DNA of 51,038 bases from a virus. Location: IMG/VR virus record IMGVR_UViG_3300036466_000132; one strand, written 5' to 3'. A model generated the notes under the pieces. That model did no database searches, was not told the DNA's origin, and was given only the letters and a program-made list of their open reading frames with translations. Numbering within the stretch: the first letter of the stretch is position 1; each line of letters opens with the position of its first letter. Positions 33,069 through 41,118 of the stretch are shown here, in pieces. Position numbers and translations under genes: made by a program.

Positions 33069-33085
33069 CAGTCACGACATGTAAA

Positions 33086-33439
33086 TTAAGCTGCCATTCG
33101 TCGGTCGAATTCCGACTCAACGTAACCGTGCACACGGCTCAGCATGTCCTTCACCTGGTGGCGTGATTTACCCAGCTCCTTGCCGATCTGCTCCATGGTG
33201 CGGTTGTGGCAGTAGTACAGGTGCACAGCCTCGGAGGCCTCGGGATAGCGCTGCTGTAAGCGAGCCACTACAGCCGATACCGTCTCAGCCTCTTCATCGG
33301 TGATCGCAGCATCTGGCGCGTGAGTGCTGGGCACGTTGTCGCGCATGATGGCCAGCATCGGTGAGACGTACCGAGGCACGCCTGTCTTCTGCCATACCCA
33401 GATACCCCATTGGGTCAAAAGCTCTTCGGCGGATTTCAT
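33086..33439 (-). CDS. Late-gene antiterminator, phage Q family
   Basis: LLTQWGIWVW...ITDEEAETVSAVVARLQQRYPEASEAVHLYYCHNRTMEQIGKELGKSRHQVKDMLSRVHGYVE resembles the Phage_antitermQ family. It is the last early gene before the late genes. Confidence 0.7.
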   Translation of the reverse strand: MKSAEELLTQWGIWVWQKTGVPRYVSPMLAIMRDNVPSTHAPDAAITDEEAETVSAVVARLQQRYPEASEAVHLYYCHNRTMEQIGKELGKSRHQVKDMLSRVHGYVESEFDRRMAA

Positions 33440-34563
33440 CAGAACAACCTCCCCAGTGATGCGGCGAATTCGTAAGGGTCTTTAGCGCTCTTGCGCAGGT
33501 TGCAAGGCGGGCAAGCAATAACCAGATTGTCGACCACATGCATTCCGCCCTTCGATAGCGGCTGATAGTGGTCAACGTGATAGTTGTTTTCACACTTTGA
33601 TTTGCACCAGTGGCAAAACTTTGGAACTGATCGCTCCCAGGCCATAATCACGGACGTACTATCGCCACCAGCCTCTAGCTGTCTGCGCCTAGCCTTGTAC
33701 GCTTTAGATATCGCCTTCCTGATCTCTGGATTCTTCTTTGCCCACTCTTTGGCTTTCTGCGCCCTTACTTCCCTGTTTTGTTCGTTGCGAATTCTCGCAA
33801 GTTGAATGATCCGATCCCTGTTTTCAGCAAGGTATTTCCGGTCGTACTCTTTTTTAAGTTCAGACCGTGAGAAAATTGCCAAGCACTCGACACATGATCC
33901 AGAGGCTGTATATTTCATGCCGCTGTGGCCCTTCGAGCACGGCCGTCCGACATACATTAAGGCGCCGCTTTCGAGCGCTATCTTTCGTGCGCTCTTGGCT
34001 ATCCTGCGCTCCTTGCGACGAGCAGCTACCTCCGCCAGCCGAGACGATCGCTCTTCTGAGATTCGCTTGCGCCCTGCCTTCCCCTTCTCGTACTCCTCCA
34101 GCGTCATTCCGAACTTGGCGGCTGCCGATATAGCCTCGCATGTCCGGCAGCGATCAGTTGATACGTAGCGCTCTGCTGAATGTCCGTTAACGCACGGCAA
34201 TCCGATGCTGTAGAACATCAGCCCGGCATCCATAGCAGCTTGCCGGAGAGAAGCGCGCCGTTCCCTCTCAGCTTTCCGCACGGCCAGCCCTGGATCTCGC
34301 TTCAGCCGTCGCGCCATTTTCTTCTCTGCGCACAAAGGGTCAGAGTCACGCCGCATCTTTTGCTCAGCGCGCTCGGCCTCTATGTTCGCGTGATACTTAG
34401 CCTTCCTCTTCAGCCTGGCGCACTCGCAGCAGGCGCCGTTGATCGTGCTCCTGTCTGCAATGTGCCCGGCGGGACATTCCTTGCCGTTAAAGTAGGATTT
34501 AAGGCCGGCCGCTTTTGCTTCCGCTCGCAGAACTATCGGCTTGTTTATTTCTGCGGGAATCAT
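33439..34563 (-). CDS. HNH endonuclease with three N-terminal C-x2-GH...C-x2-C zinc-finger repeats
   Basis: C-terminal HWCKSKC...HVDHYQPLSKGGMHVVDNLVIACPPCNLRK. Repeats are ECPAGH..CCEC, PCVNGH..CRTC and PCSKGH..CVEC. AT-richer than the flanks. Confidence 0.8.
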   Translation of the reverse strand: MIPAEINKPIVLRAEAKAAGLKSYFNGKECPAGHIADRSTINGACCECARLKRKAKYHANIEAERAEQKMRRDSDPLCAEKKMARRLKRDPGLAVRKAERERRASLRQAAMDAGLMFYSIGLPCVNGHSAERYVSTDRCRTCEAISAAAKFGMTLEEYEKGKAGRKRISEERSSRLAEVAARRKERRIAKSARKIALESGALMYVGRPCSKGHSGMKYTASGSCVECLAIFSRSELKKEYDRKYLAENRDRIIQLARIRNEQNREVRAQKAKEWAKKNPEIRKAISKAYKARRRQLEAGGDSTSVIMAWERSVPKFCHWCKSKCENNYHVDHYQPLSKGGMHVVDNLVIACPPCNLRKSAKDPYEFAASLGRLF

Positions 34564-34564
34564 A

Positions 34565-35704
34565 TTAAGCAGCCTCGGTTTTAATCATGTCGTAACTGAC
34601 CGTTATTCTACCAACTTCCCCGTATGATTTGTGATAAGTAATAACTTTAGCATCGCGCCCAGATATCCAGCCGCCTCGTGCTGCATAGGCATCTGGAGCA
34701 GCCAAAGTGCGGTGCTGTTCCACTATCATTAAGTTGTTCTCTTTCATGTCGACACTATGCAAATGCCCCATGTGGACATATGCGTACTTAGTGCGCCCGA
34801 ACATTTCTCGGAACTTGGCGGCGAACACTTCAGAGACGTTTGTAACTTTCCGCTTGTGACCGTGATGGGTGAATACCGCCACGCTACCGAACTCATAGGC
34901 GTTGTATGGCGAGGGGCTGGTATCTACCGTGACGCGCGACTCGTCTTCATACAGAACCGATAGCCACTCGCGCAGCCAGACCTGCGATACCGGGTCGTGG
35001 TTCGCATCGGCCATGATGATGTGCAGCTTCTGGTGCTTAGTCAGCAGCATTCCGATGATTTGCCGCAGTACGCGGATAGCCACCCTGACAAGCTTTGGAA
35101 ACCGCGTATCGGCGTCGAGCAAATGTTTAGAGGCTGGCGTTACCGCGTCGAAACCATCCCAATGCAGCAGATCCGAAATTTGGGCGAGCAGCGCAGTTTC
35201 CGCGTTGGGCGACTGCTCGATAGCGCGGCGAAACCACTCGACCAGGGTTCGCTCTGCTATATCCATGTTCCAGTCAGCGCCCGTCTCAGGCTTCCAGCTA
35301 AGAGCCCCAAGGTGGAAATCGGTTATCACGTAGCAGTTGAGCAGGTCGCTATCCATCGGCCCGGCAGCGAACGGAACTGGAGCTGCCTTCGGAATCTCAT
35401 CAGCCATGCCTTTGATGGCTTCCCGCATGATTTCAGCCTGGCGCTCGTGGTCGATGCTGGACTTCACCCACTGCATCTTCTGCTCGCCGTCTTTGCCATA
35501 CAGCGTCGACGTACCTTTGAGGTGGAAGCCATCCGGCACGGTCTTGGTCATGTCGTGCTCCGGGCTCCACCCCTGACGAGCCAGGCGCGCCTTGTGGGTG
35601 TAGACGTTGCGCTCGTGCATCCCGAGGATCTGCGCGGCCTCAGCCACCGTCCGGCCGTCCAGTGCAGCCCTGATTTCATCGTCTGTCGCTTTGCGTGCGG
35701 CCAT
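34565..35704 (-). CDS. HTH-containing calcineurin-like metallophosphoesterase
   Basis: N-terminal HTH (TVAEAAQILGMHERNVYTHKARL), then metallophosphoesterase motifs ITDFH, SDLLH, ADANHD, THHGH and GHLH. Confidence 0.65.
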   Translation of the reverse strand: MAARKATDDEIRAALDGRTVAEAAQILGMHERNVYTHKARLARQGWSPEHDMTKTVPDGFHLKGTSTLYGKDGEQKMQWVKSSIDHERQAEIMREAIKGMADEIPKAAPVPFAAGPMDSDLLNCYVITDFHLGALSWKPETGADWNMDIAERTLVEWFRRAIEQSPNAETALLAQISDLLHWDGFDAVTPASKHLLDADTRFPKLVRVAIRVLRQIIGMLLTKHQKLHIIMADANHDPVSQVWLREWLSVLYEDESRVTVDTSPSPYNAYEFGSVAVFTHHGHKRKVTNVSEVFAAKFREMFGRTKYAYVHMGHLHSVDMKENNLMIVEQHRTLAAPDAYAARGGWISGRDAKVITYHKSYGEVGRITVSYDMIKTEAA

Positions 35705-36063
35705 CAGGCTGCCTCCCCGTCTATCTCTGAAATGGTCACCTCGACGCACCCTAGGGCCTTGATAGGGCCTCTTTTGATGGTCAGATGGTCGATCTGGCTG
35801 TCGTCTTCCCAGGCTCCGCCGTGGGTGAGTGCGTCCAAAAGCCCCTTGAGCATGTTGTCGAGGTCACGACGGCGGCGGTCTGGCGGGCACGCTTTGATCA
35901 CCACCGCCAAACGCCCGTCCTGCCTGCTTATGCGCGCTTCGGCGCACGCTTTGATCACCGCGGCGCAGTACTCCCGCCCCTTGGCGCTGATCAGCGTCTT
36001 GGCGCCAACACGGCGGTAATAGGTGTTCGTCGAAGGCGGAAAAGGCAGGGTGATGGCTGTCAT
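35704..36063 (-). CDS. rusA: RusA-family Holliday junction resolvase
   Basis: ITLPFPPSTNTYYR...DLDNMLKGLLDALTHGGAWEDDSQI is the RusA signature. Confidence 0.9.
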   Translation of the reverse strand: MTAITLPFPPSTNTYYRRVGAKTLISAKGREYCAAVIKACAEARISRQDGRLAVVIKACPPDRRRRDLDNMLKGLLDALTHGGAWEDDSQIDHLTIKRGPIKALGCVEVTISEIDGEAA

Positions 36064-36287
36064 CTACTCCCCCTCGCCTTCGCTTCCAGCGCAGCGCGCA
36101 CCATCGACCGGAGCAGAGGGCTCATCCGCGACAGCTCGGCCGATACCCACTGGCGCCACTTCGGCAGTCCCATGGGCTTGCACCGGGCGCGCATCTTGTC
36201 CGCGATTACCAGGGCAAGCGCTTCCGCATTGGCCTTGGCAGTCAGGCCTTCCGCTGTTAATCCGCGATGCGCCGCAGAGGTGTTCAT
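36060..36287 (-). CDS. Hypothetical nin-region protein
   Basis: 75-aa ORF with ATGA overlaps at both ends. Confidence 0.55.
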   Translation of the reverse strand: MNTSAAHRGLTAEGLTAKANAEALALVIADKMRARCKPMGLPKWRQWVSAELSRMSPLLRSMVRAALEAKARGSR

Positions 36288-36754
36288 GCATGGCTTCTTC
36301 CCTTAACGAAGTGTCGCGTGCAGATGTGGCCGCGCAGGTCCGGCCATGCGCACTTATCGCAGCCAGCTTCAGCCTCCGGCGCAAAGTTCATGTGTTTCTC
36401 AGTCGGGAAAGACACGTCTACGCCGGCAACGGTGCGGGGGTCGTGAATGCTCTGCGGGCCAAAGAATGTCTTGATATCCGGTCGCTGCTTCTGCTCATCC
36501 GAGCGGCAGTCGATGGTGTTCTGCTGGCCGAAGTCGGCGCGGGTCACCTCGCGCAGCTTGTTCTGATACCAGCAGGCCTTGGCGATGCACTTCTCAACCG
36601 GACCTTTCTCGCCAGCGCGCAGGCGGTACTTGAGCGCATTGCCCTTGCAGTAGCCGGCGAACTCCTCCGGGGTCAGAGCCGCCTTGATGACGTCGATCGC
36701 CTCCATGTCCGGAAACAGCATGTAGTGGCTCGGGCTGTTGATTTCGTCAGTCAT
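36284..36754 (-). CDS. DUF3310-family protein
   Basis: INSPSHYMLFPDMEAIDVIKAALTPEEFAGYCKGNALKYRLRAGEKG...KACWY fits DUF3310. ATG 36754 has an AAGGAAG SD. Confidence 0.7.
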   Translation of the reverse strand: MTDEINSPSHYMLFPDMEAIDVIKAALTPEEFAGYCKGNALKYRLRAGEKGPVEKCIAKACWYQNKLREVTRADFGQQNTIDCRSDEQKQRPDIKTFFGPQSIHDPRTVAGVDVSFPTEKHMNFAPEAEAGCDKCAWPDLRGHICTRHFVKGRSHA

Positions 36755-36927
36755 TGCGGCTTCCTTGTGGCTCTGTTGTTTGCGATCAGGGGGAGCTGGC
36801 CGGGCGCCAGGTTCCACGCGAATGTCTCTTTGCATCCGGTGGCGCATTGGCGGGCGTTCAGGCTTGGCATATTGCTCATGGGCTCGCCGCAGTCAGGGCA
36901 GGCGCGGCCTAGTGGGGTGTCGGTCAC
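36751..36927 (-). CDS. Small zinc-ribbon protein, 58 aa (not in ORF track)
   Basis: GTG 36927 overlaps the YbcO-like stop (GTGA), and its own stop overlaps ATG 36754 (ATGA). Contains CPDCGEP...CATGC. Confidence 0.4.
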   Translation of the reverse strand: MTDTPLGRACPDCGEPMSNMPSLNARQCATGCKETFAWNLAPGQLPLIANNRATRKPQ

Positions 36928-37232
36928 GCTGCCTTCCCCTTTGCGTCGATCAGCCCCATGCGGGCGAGTTGTGCGATGGTGTCAAGCACCGCCTTACGCA
37001 GGATTTCCCGGCGCTCGTCGCGGGTGTACTTCTTGCCGTTGTCCAGCTCGTGGTGGCAGCCCTGGCAGATGGCTGCTGTGAGGCAGTCGTCTGTCTTCTG
37101 GCTCATTCCCTTTCCTTCGTTGATGTGTGCGGCCTGGACGCCATAGGCGCCGCAGAGCACGCAGTTTTCGATCTTGTGTACCGCTGAGAGCCACTTGCTC
37201 GAGCGGAATGGCTGGGAGCGCTGGCGTAGCAT
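36924..37232 (-). CDS. YbcO/DUF1364-like putative nuclease
   Basis: RSSKWLSAVHKIENCVLCGAYGVQAAHINEGKGMSQKTDDCLTAAICQGCHHELD resembles the YbcO family. Confidence 0.6.
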   Translation of the reverse strand: MLRQRSQPFRSSKWLSAVHKIENCVLCGAYGVQAAHINEGKGMSQKTDDCLTAAICQGCHHELDNGKKYTRDERREILRKAVLDTIAQLARMGLIDAKGKAA

Positions 37233-37909
37233 CAGGCCACCTCCAGAGAGTCGAGATTCAGCAGGGTGAAGTGCCGGCCGGCCCATCCCGCCGTATCGAT
37301 GTGGTAGACGTTGCCCAGCAATACCGGCTCCCTGAGCGGGGTATGCCCGACCACTACGGCGCGCACGTTCTTCACGAAGGATTCATCGCGGTCGGTGATT
37401 CGCTTGCGGGACCACTGGCACATAGCGGCAACGTGTTCCGCCTCCGATCCGCCTTGTTCTAGGGTGCGGATCAGATCGTTCCAGTCACGGCGCGGGCAGT
37501 CAGCGTGAATGAGCCCAACCACGCCGGCAGCGGTCTCAATCTCGATAACGAGAGGAAGCTCAGACAGCTCGGCAGCGATCTGCCCGCGTTCATCAGATTG
37601 CAGGCAGTAGAACCACTGTCCGCCGTTGATAAAGTGCAGGTCAGTCGCGCCCAGGAAATGTGAGTCGATGGTCATTTGCTCATGGTTGCCGCGCACGGCA
37701 TGGAACCAAGGCATTGCCATCCACTCGGTTGCCTGGTCGCTTTCGTCACCGCGATCAACCAGATCCCCAACCGAGAACAGCCGGTCAACTGACGGATCAA
37801 ACCCAACCGCATCGATGGCCTTCTGCAGGAGGGTGAAGCAGCCGTGGATATCGCCCACGGCAAAGTCCCGGCCTGCTGTGTTTCGCGCGAAGCGCTTGAT
37901 CAGGCTCAT
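37232..37909 (-). CDS. Ser/Thr protein phosphatase, lambda PPase (NinI) family
   Basis: Motifs GDIHG, GDLVDRG, GNHE and, downstream, VVGHTP. Confidence 0.9.
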   Translation of the reverse strand: MSLIKRFARNTAGRDFAVGDIHGCFTLLQKAIDAVGFDPSVDRLFSVGDLVDRGDESDQATEWMAMPWFHAVRGNHEQMTIDSHFLGATDLHFINGGQWFYCLQSDERGQIAAELSELPLVIEIETAAGVVGLIHADCPRRDWNDLIRTLEQGGSEAEHVAAMCQWSRKRITDRDESFVKNVRAVVVGHTPLREPVLLGNVYHIDTAGWAGRHFTLLNLDSLEVA

Positions 37910-38502
37910 GCCGCAATCCCCCAATGGTCAGCCGTGGTGAACTGCCAGCTGTAGCCCTTGTGCGTCTTCTGCCTACCGGTGCAGCAGCTGCTGATGGAGT
38001 GCTTGGAAAACCCGTCGACCTCAGCGTCCGTCCCGGACCTGTAGACGCGCTGCTCGCCAGTCTTCAGATTGGTGCCGACCACTGGCTTAGCAGTGGGATG
38101 GTCACCGCCGAACACGCCGAGACTCGTTGGGCGACGGCCAAGCTCACGAAACGCATGAAGGTTGTTCTCTTGCTGCGTAACCCACTCGAGGTTTGCAGCT
38201 CGGTTGTCCGTGCGATCGCCGTTCTTATGGTTTACGACGCGGCCATCTTCAAAGCCCTCGCAGAACTCGAAGGCGACAAGCCGATGAACGTAGTGGCGAG
38301 CCTTTCCGCTGAGGCTGACCTGCAGATAACCCGTTGACTTGGACAGGAAAGGCTTGAGCAGTCGGCCCGGCAGCAGGCGTTCATATCCAGCTGCCCGCCC
38401 GCACGCCTTCTGCTGAACCATCCGATCCTTACTGCGAACACGGCCTTCGCTGCTAACCTCGTACCCGGCGTCCATTCGGGACTGCTTCCATTCTTCGCTC
38501 AT
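37906..38502 (-). CDS. HNH homing endonuclease with NUMOD4-like N-terminus
   Basis: EEWKQSRMDAGYEVSSEGRVRS (NUMOD4), then HRLVAFEF...VNHKNGDRTDNRAANLEWVTQQEN (HNH_3). ATG 38502 overlaps the NinB stop. The Arg-rich 77-aa track extension is rejected. Confidence 0.8.
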   Translation of the reverse strand: MSEEWKQSRMDAGYEVSSEGRVRSKDRMVQQKACGRAAGYERLLPGRLLKPFLSKSTGYLQVSLSGKARHYVHRLVAFEFCEGFEDGRVVNHKNGDRTDNRAANLEWVTQQENNLHAFRELGRRPTSLGVFGGDHPTAKPVVGTNLKTGEQRVYRSGTDAEVDGFSKHSISSCCTGRQKTHKGYSWQFTTADHWGIAA

Positions 38503-38924
38503 CAATACCGCCCTCCCCAGTTGTCCTTCTGGGTCCAGCGAACGGAGTGCTCCGCGCCGAAAGCTTCTATCCAGTCGATCAGCGAGGCGCACTTCTTCAC
38601 GCCCAGCTTTGAGGTTTTTTCGTAGATGACGTCGAAGCCGTTGCCGTCGAGCGCCGGGATCATCGTTGCGTTCTCGCCGATCTCGCGCAGCCAGGCCGCG
38701 GTGCATAGGCGCTTCCAGATCAAGATGTTCCACTTCTTACCGGCGTGCTCTACCTGCTTGGCAATGTCAGCCAACATGGCGTGCAGCTTTGCGTTCTGCT
38801 CTGCGGTGCGGTCTTCGTCACTGATAGCCAGCTTGCGCGGCTGATCCAGCTCGACGGACTGAAGCCAGGCGATGGCGCGCTGGCGGTCCATCTCATTGCG
38901 CAGGGGGAAGGTTGGGTTAGCCAT
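38502..38924 (-). CDS. ninB: NinB/Orf-family recombination mediator
   Basis: 140 aa: ...RTAEQNAKLHAMLADIAKQVEHAGKKWNILIWKRL.... Position is in the nin-like region. Confidence 0.7.
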   Translation of the reverse strand: MANPTFPLRNEMDRQRAIAWLQSVELDQPRKLAISDEDRTAEQNAKLHAMLADIAKQVEHAGKKWNILIWKRLCTAAWLREIGENATMIPALDGNGFDVIYEKTSKLGVKKCASLIDWIEAFGAEHSVRWTQKDNWGGRY

Positions 38925-39093
38925 TGGCCACCTCCCGCAGCAGGTCAAGCTTCGCCCGCAGTTCGATAAGCTCGACGGTCTGCTCACGGTAGATATCGAT
39001 GTGCTTGTCGTTCTGCGCGCGCAGCTGGGCATTCTCCAGCTCCAGGCGCCGGACATATGCGCGTTCGCGTGCAGTCATTCGGGAATCAGCCAT
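38917..39093 (-). CDS. Small coiled-coil protein (58 aa)
   Basis: MADSRMTARERAYVRRLELENAQLRAQNDKHIDIYREQTVELIELRAKL. Overlaps both neighbours. Confidence 0.45.
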   Translation of the reverse strand: MADSRMTARERAYVRRLELENAQLRAQNDKHIDIYREQTVELIELRAKLDLLREVANG

Positions 39094-39352
39094 GGCGGCG
39101 CGCCTCCCGCTTGTCGTGGTCGTCCTGGCAGGAGATGCAGCGCTCTGCCCAGGGTGCCGCGGCGCGACGCTTGGCGGGGATAGCCTCGTCGCAGTCGATG
39201 CAGAACTCAGCGCCCTGCCCCTGCAGCCTGGCCTGTACCAGGGCCACGCCACCTATACGATCTGCCTCCTCTAGGCCAGTAGCGCGGTCTGTTACATCGG
39301 GGGCTGTGCGGGACTGCTCGTAGGCTTCGGTGATTTCCATGTAGTCGGTCAT
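39086..39352 (-). CDS. TraR/DksA-family C4 zinc-finger protein
   Basis: CIDCDEAIPAKRRAAAPWAERCISCQ motif. Confidence 0.75.
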   Translation of the reverse strand: MTDYMEITEAYEQSRTAPDVTDRATGLEEADRIGGVALVQARLQGQGAEFCIDCDEAIPAKRRAAAPWAERCISCQDDHDKREARRHG

Positions 39353-39639
39353 TTCCGTGCTCCTACGCCGCGCTGGGTGCTTCCGTCAGCACAGACGACG
39401 CGATTGTCATTGCCGCGGGATAGGCCTATGCCTGCCCCGGTGATTGCTTGAGGGCGGAAGCCCTGCTTCTGGAGGGCCTGAACGGCCAGGCGCTGCTGAT
39501 ACGGCATCGCGTAGATGGCCTGACGGGTCTTGGCGCAAGCGGTGTGCTTATGGCCGTTGCGCGGATTGCCGCAGATGTCGCAGCACCACTTGAGGTCCAG
39601 GCCTTCGTGAATGCGGCCGGTGCCGATGGAGGTGGTCAT
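39349..39639 (-). CDS. Hypothetical protein
   Basis: 96-aa ORF coupled to its neighbours by overlaps. Confidence 0.5.
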   Translation of the reverse strand: MTTSIGTGRIHEGLDLKWCCDICGNPRNGHKHTACAKTRQAIYAMPYQQRLAVQALQKQGFRPQAITGAGIGLSRGNDNRVVCADGSTQRGVGARK

Positions 39640-40424
39640 CCTTTGGCCCTCCCGCGCGCCGACTTCCAGTCGAAGCCGATGGCGAAACCGCCGCCCTCAC
39701 GCAGGCGATCGACGCAGCGCTCGCCAAGCGCAGCCGATAGCTCGTCAGCCGGAAGATTGGAGATGACGACGGTCGGCAGCAGCTGCTCATAGCGGCCGTT
39801 GATGATGCGGAACAGGGTCGCCAGCTCGAACTCGCTTGGCTTCGTAGCTCCGGCTTCGTCTAGGATCAGCAGCTTCGGGGCGATCAAGCTGCGCATGACC
39901 TCCTCCTCGGTCACGTCTCGGGCGTCGTAGCTCGACCGGATCTCAGCCAGCACGCCACCGACCGTGCGGTAGATTGCCGAGATGCCTTTCTTGTGGATGA
40001 GACGGTTTGCGATCGCAACGGCCAGGTGAGTTTTCCCGGTGCCAAGACTGCCAAGCAGCAACATGCAGCGCCCGGCTTTCAGGTGCTCCTCGAAGTTGTC
40101 CGCGTAGGACTGGCAGATGTTGAGCGCCTCCTTCTGCTCTGGAGTACGAGCCTCGTAGTTGGCAAACGACTTCTCAGCAAATCGGCGAGGGATGCGCGCC
40201 TTCTGAAGCTGCCAGTGCGCGAAGTCACGCAGTTTGTTCAGCCGCTCCTCTTCGGCGCGCGCCTCTGCAAAGCAGTTCGGGCACGAACTCGGCTCATGCC
40301 CATCACGCAGGACTGAGATGTAGTCGCCGTGCTTGTCGCAGACTGCAGGCTTCTTGCCTGTAACGCCGAAACGGCGGTCAAGCTCGGTCAGCGCTGTGCT
40401 CAATTCAGAAGCCATGAGTGCCAT
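39636..40424 (-). CDS. DnaC/IstB-like AAA+ helicase loader
   Basis: Walker A LLGSLGTGKTHLAVAIAN and Walker B LLILDEAG. Confidence 0.85.
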   Translation of the reverse strand: MALMASELSTALTELDRRFGVTGKKPAVCDKHGDYISVLRDGHEPSSCPNCFAEARAEEERLNKLRDFAHWQLQKARIPRRFAEKSFANYEARTPEQKEALNICQSYADNFEEHLKAGRCMLLLGSLGTGKTHLAVAIANRLIHKKGISAIYRTVGGVLAEIRSSYDARDVTEEEVMRSLIAPKLLILDEAGATKPSEFELATLFRIINGRYEQLLPTVVISNLPADELSAALGERCVDRLREGGGFAIGFDWKSARGRAKG

Positions 40425-41118
40425 CCTCCCGCTCGATCAGGCCTGCTTTGTAGTCACGCTCAGCAAAGCCGGTGTGACGCGAGGCACCAGGGAAGTGGTG
40501 CACATTGGCAGCCGGCTTCACCTCATCGTTCCAGCGCTTCCCGTTGAGCCAGGTGGCCGCGTGCGGGATGAACTGCCCGTCGTCCTTCAGCCAGCCCTGG
40601 CAGGTGCAGTGCTTGGCCAGAGACTCGAGGATCTGAGCCAGCAGCTCGGCATCAGGATCGATCTTCGCGAATGCCTTGCGGGCGTTGTCCTTGGCGGTCT
40701 TGCGCGGGTACAGCTTCCAGAAGGTTTCGAAGGCCTCGGCGCACTCGGCAGTCATGCCCTTTGCGGCCTTTTGAGTCCCTGAATAATTCCCCTCAGCATC
40801 GGGAAGCTCGGACGGCTCCTCGTTCTTGTGCGGGTTCTGGTGCTTCTCGAAGTTGTTGATCTGTATGCAGGCTTTGCCGTCGACTTCGTAGCGCTGGATG
40901 AAGTCGTGCTTATCCAGCCAGGACAGCAGCGCGTCAGCGTCGATGCCGTCGCGGTAGGGGAACACTTCAGCCTTGATGCGCAGCGGGCGGTCTTCCAAGA
41001 TTCCGCGCCGGTCTGCCAGCGTCCAGAGGCCAATGAACAGGAGTGTGGCGATCGGGTCAGCCACGCCGAGAACTTCGTTCTTGAACAGTGCCGGTTTGAT
41101 ATTCCTAGCCCTCGCCAT
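40405..41118 (-). CDS. Replication initiation / replisome organiser protein (lambda O position)
   Basis: 237 aa, upstream of the DnaC-like gene and overlapping it. Winged-helix-like N-terminus. Confidence 0.6.
   Translation of the reverse strand: MARARNIKPALFKNEVLGVADPIATLLFIGLWTLADRRGILEDRPLRIKAEVFPYRDGIDADALLSWLDKHDFIQRYEVDGKACIQINNFEKHQNPHKNEEPSELPDAEGNYSGTQKAAKGMTAECAEAFETFWKLYPRKTAKDNARKAFAKIDPDAELLAQILESLAKHCTCQGWLKDDGQFIPHAATWLNGKRWNDEVKPAANVHHFPGASRHTGFAERDYKAGLIEREDGTHGF

Noticed and set aside
34997-37081. Two long plus-strand ORFs (34997-36019 and 36023-37081).
   Set aside because: They are antisense to the metallophosphoesterase, RusA, DUF3310 and YbcO-like genes, which carry clear family motifs. 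The translations are Arg/Ala/Ser-rich shadow frames.
37906-38733. The full 275-aa version of the NUMOD4-HNH ORF.
   Set aside because: The first 77 aa are an Arg-rich read-through that overlaps the NinB gene in another frame. ATG 38502 coincides with the NinB stop, and the NUMOD4 motif starts right there.
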